A stretch of DNA of 28,338 nucleotides, taken from a bacterium. Its GTDB lineage: Bacteria; Patescibacteriota; Microgenomatia; Daviesbacterales; UBA10151. Shown in pieces: positions 1-8,189 of the stretch. The stretch is taken from the NCBI GenBank assembly GCA_021786105.1, contig JAJYNW010000014.1, positions 1-28,338 of the forward strand, given 5' to 3'. Position 1 is the stretch's first letter, and the number at the start of each line of letters is the position of its first letter. The notes below the pieces were generated by a model. That model had not been told where the DNA came from and did no database searches. It worked only from the letters and a program-made list of their open reading frames with translations. The position numbers and the translations under genes were made by a program.

Positions 1-8
1 GTTTTCAT
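1..8 (-). CDS. 5' end of a gene running off the left edge (product unknown)
   Basis: Minus strand reads AAGGAGG (20-14), 5 nt, then ATG AAA AC (ATG at 8-6): strong SD plus start codon. Confidence 0.55.
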
Positions 9-135
9 CAATTCCTCCTTTCAGCTCAGATAATGATTTAATTCCAGCAAGTTTGAGTGCCGTTTTAATATACCTGAACCCCTTAATTCTAACTGAAAGG
101 TGTATATGATCCGCTAGCTCACCTACATTAATTTG

Positions 136-165
136 TTGACACGAAGATAGATTAATTGGTATAGT
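136..165 (+). promoter_or_regulatory. sigma70-type promoter for the ileS leader
   Basis: TTGACA 136-141, 18-nt spacer, TG 157-158, TATAGT 160-165 (extended -10). Confidence 0.75.
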
Positions 166-177
166 AACGATACTTAA

Positions 178-243
178 ATGAATACGCAAAGATTAGCAAC
201 TATTACTGCAATTATTATTACCTCTCCTGCGGGAGGGTCCTAA
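178..243 (+). CDS. Ile/Thr-rich attenuator leader peptide MNTQRLATITAIIITSPAGGS
   Basis: Hand translation: ATG 178-180 to TAA 241-243; ATT at 202 and ATT ATT ATT at 211-219; upstream of ileS and overlapping alternative hairpins. Confidence 0.8.
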   Translation: MNTQRLATITAIIITSPAGGS

Positions 244-303
244 CTTAGTCTCTAAAAAGAGATTTAGGTTAAGATGGGCCTCCCAAATCGGGAGGTTTTT
301 TTT
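221..303 (+). promoter_or_regulatory. transcription attenuator (1:2, 2:3 and 3:4 alternative hairpins)
   Basis: CCTCTC 221-226 can pair with GGGAGG 231-236; GGGAGG 231-236 can pair with CCTCCC 279-284, closing a long hairpin 241-271; CCTCCC 279-284 can alternatively pair with GGGAGG 290-295. Confidence 0.8.
279..303 (+). terminator. intrinsic terminator of the attenuator
   Basis: CCTCCC-AAATC-GGGAGG stem-loop followed by T8 (296-303). Confidence 0.85.
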
Positions 304-328
304 ATGGAAAAATGAAAGGGGGTAAAAA

Positions 329-628
329 ATGAATGGAAATGGGATAGAAAGAAGAGTAGAAAATTGTGACTTTTGCACGAAAAAGGATGAAAAGGGAAAG
401 ATAGTGGGAGGAGATTTTTGTATTGTATTTTCTGGGACTTCCGGCGTTAGAGAGAAATTTTCAGAGGATAAGTTAGCATCGAATGGCTGCATCCTGTTCT
501 GGTCCCGCCAGATTAATGAGCCAGTGGAAGGATGCTCTGTTTTTCAGGAGCAGGCAGCAAAAGAGCGAGAAGCCAGGCTAGCAGCTATAGATGAGAAGGT
601 TATAGAAACCATGAAAGCGCTAGTTTAG
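329..628 (+). CDS. small Cys-rich hypothetical protein (CxxC plus 3 further Cys)
   Basis: 99-aa ORF with purine-rich SD-like AAAGGGGG before the ATG; fills the gap between attenuator and ileS. Confidence 0.6.
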   Translation: MNGNGIERRVENCDFCTKKDEKGKIVGGDFCIVFSGTSGVREKFSEDKLASNGCILFWSRQINEPVEGCSVFQEQAAKEREARLAAIDEKVIETMKALV

Positions 629-686
629 GAGAAGCTTTTTTGTTAGAATTGAATCAGATAAAGCGAGAGAGATCGCTTGCAAAATT

Positions 687-3572
687 ATGAATAAATTTAA
701 ACCAGTTTCGTCACAAGTTAATTTTCCGGCTCTGGAAAGAGAGCTTTTAGATTATTGGTACAAAGAGGGAATTGTGGAAAAATATCTCAAAAGAAATGAA
801 TCTTCAGATAAAAAGTTTTCTTTTTTGGATGGGCCGATTACTGCCAATAACCCAATGGGGGTGCATCATGCTTGGGGTAGGACATATAAAGATTTATGGC
901 AGAGATTTTTTAATATGCAGGGTTTTAAACAAAGATTTCAGAATGGTTTTGACGAACAGGGACTTTGGGTTGAAGTGGAAGTTGAAAAAGAATTAAATTT
1001 ACATACTAAAAAAGATATTGAAAATTTAATCCCCGGAGATAAGTTTAAGAGTTTAGAAAAATTTATCAATCTTTGTAAAAGCCGGGTTAAAAAATATTCT
1101 GCTATTCAAACAGAACAGTCAAAAAGACTGGGTTATTTTATGGATTGGGATAATTCTTATCACACCTCTTCTGATAAAAATAATTACGCCATCTGGAGTT
1201 TTTTGAAGGTGGTCAATGAAAAAGGTTGGTTATATAAGGGTCGTGATAGTGTGCCGTGGTGTCCGCGTTGTGGTACCGCTATTTCCCAACATGAGATTTT
1301 GACTGAGGATTATAAAGAAGTAGATCATGAATCAGTATATTTTAAATTACCTATTAAGGGTCGGGATAATGAATATTTGTTAGTTTGGACAACAACTCCC
1401 TGGACGATTCCGGCAAATGTGGCTGTAGCAGTTGATCCAAAGGCAGAATATGGTGGCTATTCGGTTACGGGACAGACGTTATGGATAATGAAGCAACGCG
1501 CAGAAGAGTTAGTAAAATCAGGGATTTTAGGGCAGTTGGGGGAAGGTAAAATTGTTAAAGGAAAAGAGTTGGTGGATTTAGAATACGATGCTCCTTTTGA
1601 CCATTTGCCCAGGGTAAATAAAGCTTTAGAAGGATATATTCACCGGGTTGTAGAAAACGATGAGTTGATTTTACCGATAAGTAGCGAAGAAGGAACTGGT
1701 TTAGTCCATGTAGCTACTGGGGCTGGTTCTGAAGACTTTAAGCTGGGAGCGAAATTAAGTTTGCCGGTTGTTGAAATAATTGATGAAGAGGCAAATTATT
1801 TAGACGGGATGGAAGAATTTTCCGGTAAAAATGCCAAAAAGCATCCTGAGCTAATCTTTGAATATTTAAAGATTAAGGTAAATGGTAAGTTTTTACTGAC
1901 TACTGAAAGAATTAAACACCGTTATCCTTATTGTTGGCGTTGTAAAACAGAGCTTGTTTGGCGGGTTGTGGATGAGTGGTATATTGCTATGGATATAGAT
2001 GACGCTTCTGGTACAACTTACAGAGAGCAGATGATGGAAGTTGCCAAAAAAATTAATTGGATTCCAAAGTGGGGATTGGACAGGGAGTTGGACTGGTTAA
2101 AAAATATGCACGATTGGCTGATTTCTAAAAAGAGGTATTGGGGATTGGCTTTGCCGATTTGGGAATGCGGCGATTGTGGTAGCTTTGAAGTGGTTGGCAG
2201 TAAGGAAGAGCTAAAAGAAAGGGTAGCAGAAGGATGGCAGGAGTTTGACGGTAATTCACCTCATCGTCCCTGGATTGATCAAATTAAAGTAAAGTGTACA
2301 AAATGTGACCAGTTGTGTTTTAGAATACCTGATGTGGGTAATCCATGGCTTGATGCCGGTATTGTGCCGTTTTCTACAATGCCCGAAGGTTGGTTCCCGG
2401 CCGAATTTGTGACTGAGGCATTTCCGGGACAATTTAAAAACTGGTTTTATGCGATGATTGCCATGTCTACAGCACTTCAAAAGACAAATCCTTTCAAAAA
2501 TTTATTAGGGCATGCATTGGTAATGGACGAAAAGGGTAAGCCAATGCATAAATCTACGGGAAATATGATTGAATTTAACGAAGCGGCAGATAAAATTGGT
2601 GTTGATGTAATGCGCTGGATGTATGCAACGCAGAATCCGGAATATAACCTTAATTTTGGTTATAGTGTGGCGGATGAAGTCAGGAGAAGATTTTATTTGA
2701 TTTTGTGGAATAGTTATAAATTTTTTGTTGATTATGCATCTTTGACGGAAGGACAAGTAAAGGGGATAAAGGATTTAGAGGGGATAAGTATTTTAGATAA
2801 ATGGATTTTGGCCAGATTAAACCAATTAATTCTTAGTGTAAGCAAGAGTTTAACAAAATATGATGCAACTAGCGCCTCAAGAGGAATTGAAGATTTTGTA
2901 GTCAATGATTTTTCAACCTGGTTTATCAGGAGATCGAGGGACAGAGTTAGTTTTGAGGCTAAAGAAACAGAAAAAAGTACAGCTCTTTCAGTTATGTATG
3001 AAGTATTGGTGAAAATAAGCAAGCTTTTAGCTCCTTTTATGCCGTTTATTTCTGAAACAATATACAAAAATCTGACAAATGAAGAATCGGTTCATTTGCA
3101 GGATTTTCCTGAGGTGCAAAAGGAATTAATTGATGAGGAATTAATTGAAGATATGACGGTTGTCAGAAAAATTGCAGAAGCAGCCCATGCTAAAAGAAAG
3201 GAAGCTGGGGTCAAGTTAAGACAGCCTTTGGCGTCATTAGCTTACAAAACTACTGTTAAATTAAGTTCCGAGCTCGAAGAGATTTTGGCTAAGGAAGCTA
3301 ATGTTAAAAAGATTGAGTACCAAAAATCCTCGGCTACAGAACCGCAAGTTTCTCTGGATACTAAAATTACTCAAGACTTGCAAGAAGAAGGTGAAGTCAG
3401 GGATTTGATCAGGCAAATACAACAACTTCGGAAAGAGCAGAATTTGACTTTAGCTGATAAAACCAAAATAATTGTTCCCGCTTGGCCTAAAACTTTTGAA
3501 AACCAGATACTTAAAGGTACGGCTTCTGTTTCAATAGAAAAAGGTCCGGAGCTCAAGATTTCAAAGGTATAA
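687..3572 (+). CDS. ileS: isoleucine--tRNA ligase, type 2 (IleRS2)
   Basis: DGPITAN followed by HIGH-equivalent GVHH; WTTTPWT editing motif; GTGLVH; HRYPYCWRC; DWLISKKRYWG; KMSKS-equivalent PMHKS; IleRS2-type C-terminus (EGEVRDLIRQIQQLRK) with no C-terminal Zn finger. Confidence 0.97.
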   Translation: MNKFKPVSSQVNFPALERELLDYWYKEGIVEKYLKRNESSDKKFSFLDGPITANNPMGVHHAWGRTYKDLWQRFFNMQGFKQRFQNGFDEQGLWVEVEVEKELNLHTKKDIENLIPGDKFKSLEKFINLCKSRVKKYSAIQTEQSKRLGYFMDWDNSYHTSSDKNNYAIWSFLKVVNEKGWLYKGRDSVPWCPRCGTAISQHEILTEDYKEVDHESVYFKLPIKGRDNEYLLVWTTTPWTIPANVAVAVDPKAEYGGYSVTGQTLWIMKQRAEELVKSGILGQLGEGKIVKGKELVDLEYDAPFDHLPRVNKALEGYIHRVVENDELILPISSEEGTGLVHVATGAGSEDFKLGAKLSLPVVEIIDEEANYLDGMEEFSGKNAKKHPELIFEYLKIKVNGKFLLTTERIKHRYPYCWRCKTELVWRVVDEWYIAMDIDDASGTTYREQMMEVAKKINWIPKWGLDRELDWLKNMHDWLISKKRYWGLALPIWECGDCGSFEVVGSKEELKERVAEGWQEFDGNSPHRPWIDQIKVKCTKCDQLCFRIPDVGNPWLDAGIVPFSTMPEGWFPAEFVTEAFPGQFKNWFYAMIAMSTALQKTNPFKNLLGHALVMDEKGKPMHKSTGNMIEFNEAADKIGVDVMRWMYATQNPEYNLNFGYSVADEVRRRFYLILWNSYKFFVDYASLTEGQVKGIKDLEGISILDKWILARLNQLILSVSKSLTKYDATSASRGIEDFVVNDFSTWFIRRSRDRVSFEAKETEKSTALSVMYEVLVKISKLLAPFMPFISETIYKNLTNEESVHLQDFPEVQKELIDEELIEDMTVVRKIAEAAHAKRKEAGVKLRQPLASLAYKTTVKLSSELEEILAKEANVKKIEYQKSSATEPQVSLDTKITQDLQEEGEVRDLIRQIQQLRKEQNLTLADKTKIIVPAWPKTFENQILKGTASVSIEKGPELKISKV

Positions 3573-3590
3573 AGGATTACAATCTTTCCG

Positions 3591-4646
3591 ATGAGGATCC
3601 AGAAAATCATAAATTGGCCAATTAGTTTGGCAAGCTTTTTACTTATTTCTATTGGGATACTTATAATTTATTCTTCCTCGAGGGAATTAGCTCTCCAGCA
3701 ATCAATATTTGTTATTATTGGCTCGGTATTTTTTTTTCTAGTTTCTAGGTTCGAACTTCGATCGATTAAGGTTTTAATTATCCCGATGTACATATTTATT
3801 TTAATAATGCTGGTGGCTGTTTTAATCTTGGGTATTGAAACAAGGGGTAGCCTTCGGTGGATTCCATTAGGTATATTTAATGTTCAGCCGTCGGAATTTG
3901 CCAAACCAATCTTAATACTGCTTTTGGCTAAATTTTGGTCAGAAAATTCGCCTAGCTGGTTAAACATTTTTAAAAGTCTGATTTGGGTCGCCCCGGCCCT
4001 TTTATTAGTTTTCAAGCAACCGGATTTGGGTTCGTCGCTGACTTTAATGGTTATTTGGTTGGGAATGTTGTTGGTTACGCGAGTTTCTGTCAAAAAGGTG
4101 ATATTGCTTGTTTTGATTATGGTTTCTATAATTCCAATCAGTTGGTTGTTCCTGCATGGATATCAAAAAGAGCGGATTTTAAGCTTTCTGTCGCCCGAAT
4201 CTGACCCTTTGGGTAAGGGTTACAATGTCATTCAGGCCACAATTGCTGTGGGGTCTGGACAACTGACAGGAAGGGGTTTGGGGATGGGAACTCAATCAAG
4301 GCTGCAATTCTTGCCGGAATTCCGGACTGATTTTATCTTTGCTGCAATTGCTGAAGAGCTAGGTTTTGTGGGTTCAATGCTTATTTTGTCTTTATATTTG
4401 GTGCTGTTGGTTTTTTGTTTAAGGGCAGCCCAAAGAGTAAATAGCCAATTCAGCTTTTTGATAATATTGGGAGTGGCGTCAATGCTTTTTTTCCAAGTTT
4501 TTGTTAATATCGGCATGAATTTAGGCGTCTTACCCATTACAGGCATTACTTTGCCGCTGATTTCCTATGGAGGAAGCTCGGCAGTTGCTACTCTGTTACT
4601 ACTGGGAATGGTGGTGTCTTCAGCACGAAATAAAAGGGAAGATTGA
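3591..4646 (+). CDS. rodA: SEDS family peptidoglycan polymerase RodA/FtsW
   Basis: Motifs RWIPLG, QPSEFAK, KQPDLGS, GSGQLTGRG, LPEFRTDFIF, TGITLPLISYGGSS; multi-TM. Confidence 0.9.
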   Translation: MRIQKIINWPISLASFLLISIGILIIYSSSRELALQQSIFVIIGSVFFFLVSRFELRSIKVLIIPMYIFILIMLVAVLILGIETRGSLRWIPLGIFNVQPSEFAKPILILLLAKFWSENSPSWLNIFKSLIWVAPALLLVFKQPDLGSSLTLMVIWLGMLLVTRVSVKKVILLVLIMVSIIPISWLFLHGYQKERILSFLSPESDPLGKGYNVIQATIAVGSGQLTGRGLGMGTQSRLQFLPEFRTDFIFAAIAEELGFVGSMLILSLYLVLLVFCLRAAQRVNSQFSFLIILGVASMLFFQVFVNIGMNLGVLPITGITLPLISYGGSSAVATLLLLGMVVSSARNKRED

Positions 4647-4671
4647 CATTGAGCCTGGGAAAGGATAAAAT
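4643..4671 (+). promoter_or_regulatory. sigma70 promoter for rplU (probable leaderless mRNA)
   Basis: TTGACA 4643-4648, 17 nt, TAAAAT 4666-4671, ATG 7 nt downstream. Confidence 0.7.
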
Positions 4672-4678
4672 TTTGTCC

Positions 4679-4984
4679 ATGTTAAATTATGCAATTTGTG
4701 AAATTTCGGGAAAGCAATATAAAATCGTTCCCGGCAAGCTTGTGGAGGTAAACTTCCAGGGGGAAGAAAAAGAGAGTATCGAGGCAAATGTTTTGCTTCT
4801 TTCTGAGGACGATAAATTAAAAATCGGCAATCCTTATCTGAAAGAAAAATTAACCTTAAAACGCCTGGAAGACGTAAAAGGAGAAAAAATCAGAGTTAGC
4901 AAATTCCATGCTAAGGCAAACTACCGGAGGACTACAGGTTATAGGTCCAAAATTACTAAGGTTATTTTGTCTGTGAAAAGCTAA
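4679..4984 (+). CDS. rplU: 50S ribosomal protein bL21
   Basis: YAICEISGKQYK, KGEKIRVSKF, YRRTTGYR; start moved to ATG 4679 because the track's TTG start is the -35 box. Confidence 0.93.
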   Translation: MLNYAICEISGKQYKIVPGKLVEVNFQGEEKESIEANVLLLSEDDKLKIGNPYLKEKLTLKRLEDVKGEKIRVSKFHAKANYRRTTGYRSKITKVILSVKS

Positions 4985-4988
4985 AGAC

Positions 4989-5017
4989 TTGACTTAATTT
5001 TTCACAAAGATTAAAAT
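4989..5017 (+). promoter_or_regulatory. sigma70 promoter for rpmA-parB
   Basis: TTGACT 4989-4994, 17 nt, TAAAAT 5012-5017. Confidence 0.65.
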
Positions 5018-5027
5018 TTGACCATAT

Positions 5028-5273
5028 ATGGCACATAAAACAGGTGGAGGAAGTACAAGAAAAAATAGAGATTCCGTTTCCAAGAGATTGGGAGTAAAGC
5101 TTTATGGTGGACAAAAAGCCGAAGCCGGAAATATTATCATTCGCCAAAAAGGAAACAAATTTTACCCGGGAGTAGGCGCTAAACAAGGCAATGACTACAC
5201 CATATTTGCCACAACTTCGGGTAAAGTGGGATTTAAAAAGAGACTGAATAAAACCGTTGTTGATGTTTCGTAA
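5028..5273 (+). CDS. rpmA: 50S ribosomal protein bL27
   Basis: [33 protein letters not shown]; no N-terminal extension and no prp gene between rplU and rpmA. Confidence 0.97.
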   Translation: MAHKTGGGSTRKNRDSVSKRLGVKLYGGQKAEAGNIIIRQKGNKFYPGVGAKQGNDYTIFATTSGKVGFKKRLNKTVVDVS

Positions 5274-5276
5274 AAT

Positions 5277-6128
5277 ATGGATGAACAGATTTATGTACTG
5301 GAAATAGATCTCCTACAGCCAAACCCCTTACAACCGCGTGGTTTAATTACTCCTGAATCTTTATCAGAGCTTGCCGAATCAATTAGAGCTCATGGAGTTT
5401 TAGAGCCAATAGTGGTGGCAAAAACTCCTGCGGGTTATCAAATCATTGCCGGGGAGAGAAGATGGAGAGCTTCCAAGGTAGTCGGTTTGCCTAAAGTGCC
5501 GGTAATCATCCGTGAAACCAGTCCCCAGGGAATGCTGGAAATGGCCATTGTGGAGAATGTGCAAAGGATAGATTTGAATCCATTGGAACGGGCTCAGGCG
5601 TACAGAAGGCTGATGGATGAATTCGGACTGACTAATCAGGAAATTTCAGAGCGGGTATCAAAAAGCCCTTCGTATATTTCTAATACCATAAGACTATTGA
5701 CTTTGCCTGATGCTTTGAAGGATGCTTTGATGGCCGGTGCAACTACAGAAGGTCACGCCAGAAGCTTAGCCTCTTTGGAAGATCCTCACCTAATTATACT
5801 CGCCTATAAAGAAGTTTTAAAAAGAAACCTTTCTGTTCGTGGTACCGAAGAATTAGTCCGCCGGATGAGGGCAGAAAAAGGAATTGGTCCCAAGAAAACT
5901 GCAGTTGTTGATTCGATGCGGATTATATCCGAAGATGTTGATAAAATTCAGTCTGATATAATTGATGTTTTGGCTAAAAAGACGGATAAGGCACAAGTTA
6001 AGTGTCAGTTGACCGGTAAAAGAGCCAGACTGGAGCTCATTATCAATGGTGATCCGAATAAAACTACGGCAGTTTTAGAAGATTTACATCAAGCAATTGT
6101 GGGTTACTTCAATTTGAAGGTAGAGTAA
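5277..6128 (+). CDS. parB: ParB/Spo0J family partition protein
   Basis: PNPLQPR, GVLEPIVV, YQIIAGERRWRA (CTP-binding box), ENVQRIDLNPLE, HTH, GHARSL. Confidence 0.93.
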   Translation: MDEQIYVLEIDLLQPNPLQPRGLITPESLSELAESIRAHGVLEPIVVAKTPAGYQIIAGERRWRASKVVGLPKVPVIIRETSPQGMLEMAIVENVQRIDLNPLERAQAYRRLMDEFGLTNQEISERVSKSPSYISNTIRLLTLPDALKDALMAGATTEGHARSLASLEDPHLIILAYKEVLKRNLSVRGTEELVRRMRAEKGIGPKKTAVVDSMRIISEDVDKIQSDIIDVLAKKTDKAQVKCQLTGKRARLELIINGDPNKTTAVLEDLHQAIVGYFNLKVE

Positions 6129-6130
6129 AA

Positions 6131-6727
6131 TTATTTGTTGGTGAGCATCCCAATAACCGCAAGCGGCCAATATCGGAAAAATGCCCGGCCAATAATTTCT
6201 TCTTTAGTGATTGGTCCCCATTCTCTGGAATCAGAGGAGTGTTCCCGGTTATCTCCAAAAACAAAATATTGGTCACTTCCGGCTTTGACGGTTGATCCTT
6301 CTGTTAAAAAAGCTCCTGCAGGAGTTGGTGTCTCGGGAGGCAAGTAATCTTCTTTCAGAGCTTTTCCGTTAACAAAAACCGTGCGATTGGAGACCTGAAT
6401 TGTATCTCCTGGCACGGCAATAATCCTTTTAATAAAATCCTGAGATTCGTCCCGGGGATTTTTTAGAACTATAATTTCCCCTGCTTTAGGGTTCCGGAAT
6501 CGGTAGCTTAGTTTTTCCGTAATGAGAAAGTCGCCGGTGTGAAAGGTCGGTACCATGGAGCTGCCTTGGACTTTATGGAATTGGGCTACAAATAAATAGA
6601 TGCAGGCAAAAATTGCCCCAAACACCACCACAGTTTCAAAAAATTCAACCAGATATCCGCCCAGGTTTCCGAAGAATCCTTTTTGAGCCGGTTCACCATA
6701 ATTCGCCATAGAAGTATTTGGATCCAT
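6131..6727 (-). CDS. lepB: signal peptidase I (S26)
   Basis: TM anchor, GSSMVPT (catalytic Ser), FIKRII (catalytic Lys), GDNREHSSDSR. Confidence 0.95.
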   Translation of the reverse strand: MDPNTSMANYGEPAQKGFFGNLGGYLVEFFETVVVFGAIFACIYLFVAQFHKVQGSSMVPTFHTGDFLITEKLSYRFRNPKAGEIIVLKNPRDESQDFIKRIIAVPGDTIQVSNRTVFVNGKALKEDYLPPETPTPAGAFLTEGSTVKAGSDQYFVFGDNREHSSDSREWGPITKEEIIGRAFFRYWPLAVIGMLTNK

Positions 6728-6793
6728 GCTGGTTATTATCTCAAAGGAATAAGTTGTAGTGCAAGGGGTGGAATGTTAAAATTAACGCTATCT

Positions 6794-6867
6794 GGAGTTG
6801 TAGCTCAGTTGGCTAGAGCGTCTCATTCACATTGAGAAGGTCACAGGTTCAAGTCCTGTCAACTCCA
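6794..6867 (+). tRNA. tRNA-Val(CAC), CCA not encoded
   Basis: Acceptor GGAGTTG/CAACTCC, D stem GCTC/GAGC, anticodon arm TCTCA-TTCACAT-TGAGA, T arm ACAGG-TTCAAGT-CCTGT, A73. Confidence 0.95.
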
Positions 6868-6915
6868 CACTAAACGTATTTGATTTTAATAGATATTTCT
6901 TTTACTCTATAAGTA

Positions 6916-8187
6916 ATGCCTTTCTACCTAAAGAATAACGGTTTTGTAGGCTTAATGGTTATTTTTGCTGTTCTCTTTTTGGGAATTGCTGGGGTAACCG
7001 TTATTTATTTAAATAATAGCGTTAAATCTATAACAGTAGCTCCTTCTTCTATTGTCCCTATGCCTTCAAAATTTCCGGAAAGAAAGAGTTCCCCAACTTC
7101 TTTGCCTTCAACTAGATCGTTATTTTCACCGAAAGCAAAATATGTTTTAGAAAGAAAGGAGGGAAATAAGACAGAAGAACTTTTTGCTATATCAAACGAC
7201 GCTCTTTTGAATATTCTTCGTTGGAATAACTTGCTGATCTTTTCGGATGGTGGTCAAAATGATAACGGTTATCCGCCTGATATTCAAATAAAAAGTCATA
7301 ATATAGATACTGGGAAGACAGATATTATTTTTGATAATTTAAAAAGCGGCAGTGAGTTTAATACAGAAAAATCCCCTGATTTTTTGAGCAGTTTACAAGT
7401 TATTGAAAATACGCTTTATTTTTCTTTAGGTGGATATTTAAAAGAAGGAGCTGTCTTTTGGGTTGATTTGTCTTTTTCGGGTAAACCGCAGAAGCTGGTT
7501 GCAGCAAGAAATGCCTCTATTTCAAAATTAAGGAATTGGTATTTTGTCATTGGAGGCGAAGGAGATAGTTGTTGGTCGGAGCGCGATTTTTATTTGCTTG
7601 ACACAATAAACAAAACTGTAAAGAAGATTACAACTGCGGAATATGGATGTAATAAGGGCGAGGAATCGTTAGGTCTAACCAATGAAGGAAAATTAATTAT
7701 AGCCTATCATGGATCTAGTGAGGATAATCCTTATAGAGGTAATTATGAGTATATATCAACTATAGATATATTAAATCCCGAAAATAAGAAGATAATTATT
7801 TCGCGGGATAAAATGCCGGATAAAATTTCTTGGCTGTTGTATTCGGAGGATAAGAATCAGTTGCTATTAATAGGTCCCTCGATTTATCTTTATGATGTAA
7901 CAGGAGATCTGTTAAGTAAAATAACTGATTCTCCTAAGGATATTAAGTTATCACCGTTATCTATGCCTTCACCAGAAGAAAAAATTTGGCAAAAAGATAG
8001 AGTTTGTCTTAGCGGCGAAAACGGAGATAAGTATACTAAATATGAATTAGATATAAATTCAAAAGAACTAGTTAAAGCAGAACTCTGCAGCTTTGTCCCT
8101 TTACAAGCTCCAAAAACAACCTCTAAGCTTAAAAATTTAATCGATTCACTTAATTTACCGCCAAATTATCGTTTAATAGAGAATTGA
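6916..8187 (+). CDS. membrane-anchored extracellular hypothetical protein (Ser/Pro-rich linker, probable beta-propeller)
   Basis: 423-aa ORF; N-terminal hydrophobic helix, S/P/T-rich segment, beta-rich body with paired Cys. The fold is inference. Confidence 0.7.
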   Translation: MPFYLKNNGFVGLMVIFAVLFLGIAGVTVIYLNNSVKSITVAPSSIVPMPSKFPERKSSPTSLPSTRSLFSPKAKYVLERKEGNKTEELFAISNDALLNILRWNNLLIFSDGGQNDNGYPPDIQIKSHNIDTGKTDIIFDNLKSGSEFNTEKSPDFLSSLQVIENTLYFSLGGYLKEGAVFWVDLSFSGKPQKLVAARNASISKLRNWYFVIGGEGDSCWSERDFYLLDTINKTVKKITTAEYGCNKGEESLGLTNEGKLIIAYHGSSEDNPYRGNYEYISTIDILNPENKKIIISRDKMPDKISWLLYSEDKNQLLLIGPSIYLYDVTGDLLSKITDSPKDIKLSPLSMPSPEEKIWQKDRVCLSGENGDKYTKYELDINSKELVKAELCSFVPLQAPKTTSKLKNLIDSLNLPPNYRLIEN

Positions 8188-8189
8188 TT

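Noticed and set aside
170-310. T-box riboswitch upstream of ileS
   Set aside because: No AGGGTGGNACCGCG T-box sequence or Stem I motifs recognised; the leader-peptide model explains the sequence.
193-492. 99-aa minus-strand ORF
   Set aside because: Antisense to the attenuator and the 329-628 ORF; Phe/Ser/Pro-rich shadow translation.
5505-5520. Possible parS (CGTGAAAC) inside parB
   Set aside because: Only a half site; the left arm does not form the TGTTTCACGTGAAACA palindrome.
772-6347. Short alternative-frame or antisense ORFs inside ileS, rodA, rpmA and lepB
   Set aside because: Fully overlap well-supported genes and have no recognisable motifs.
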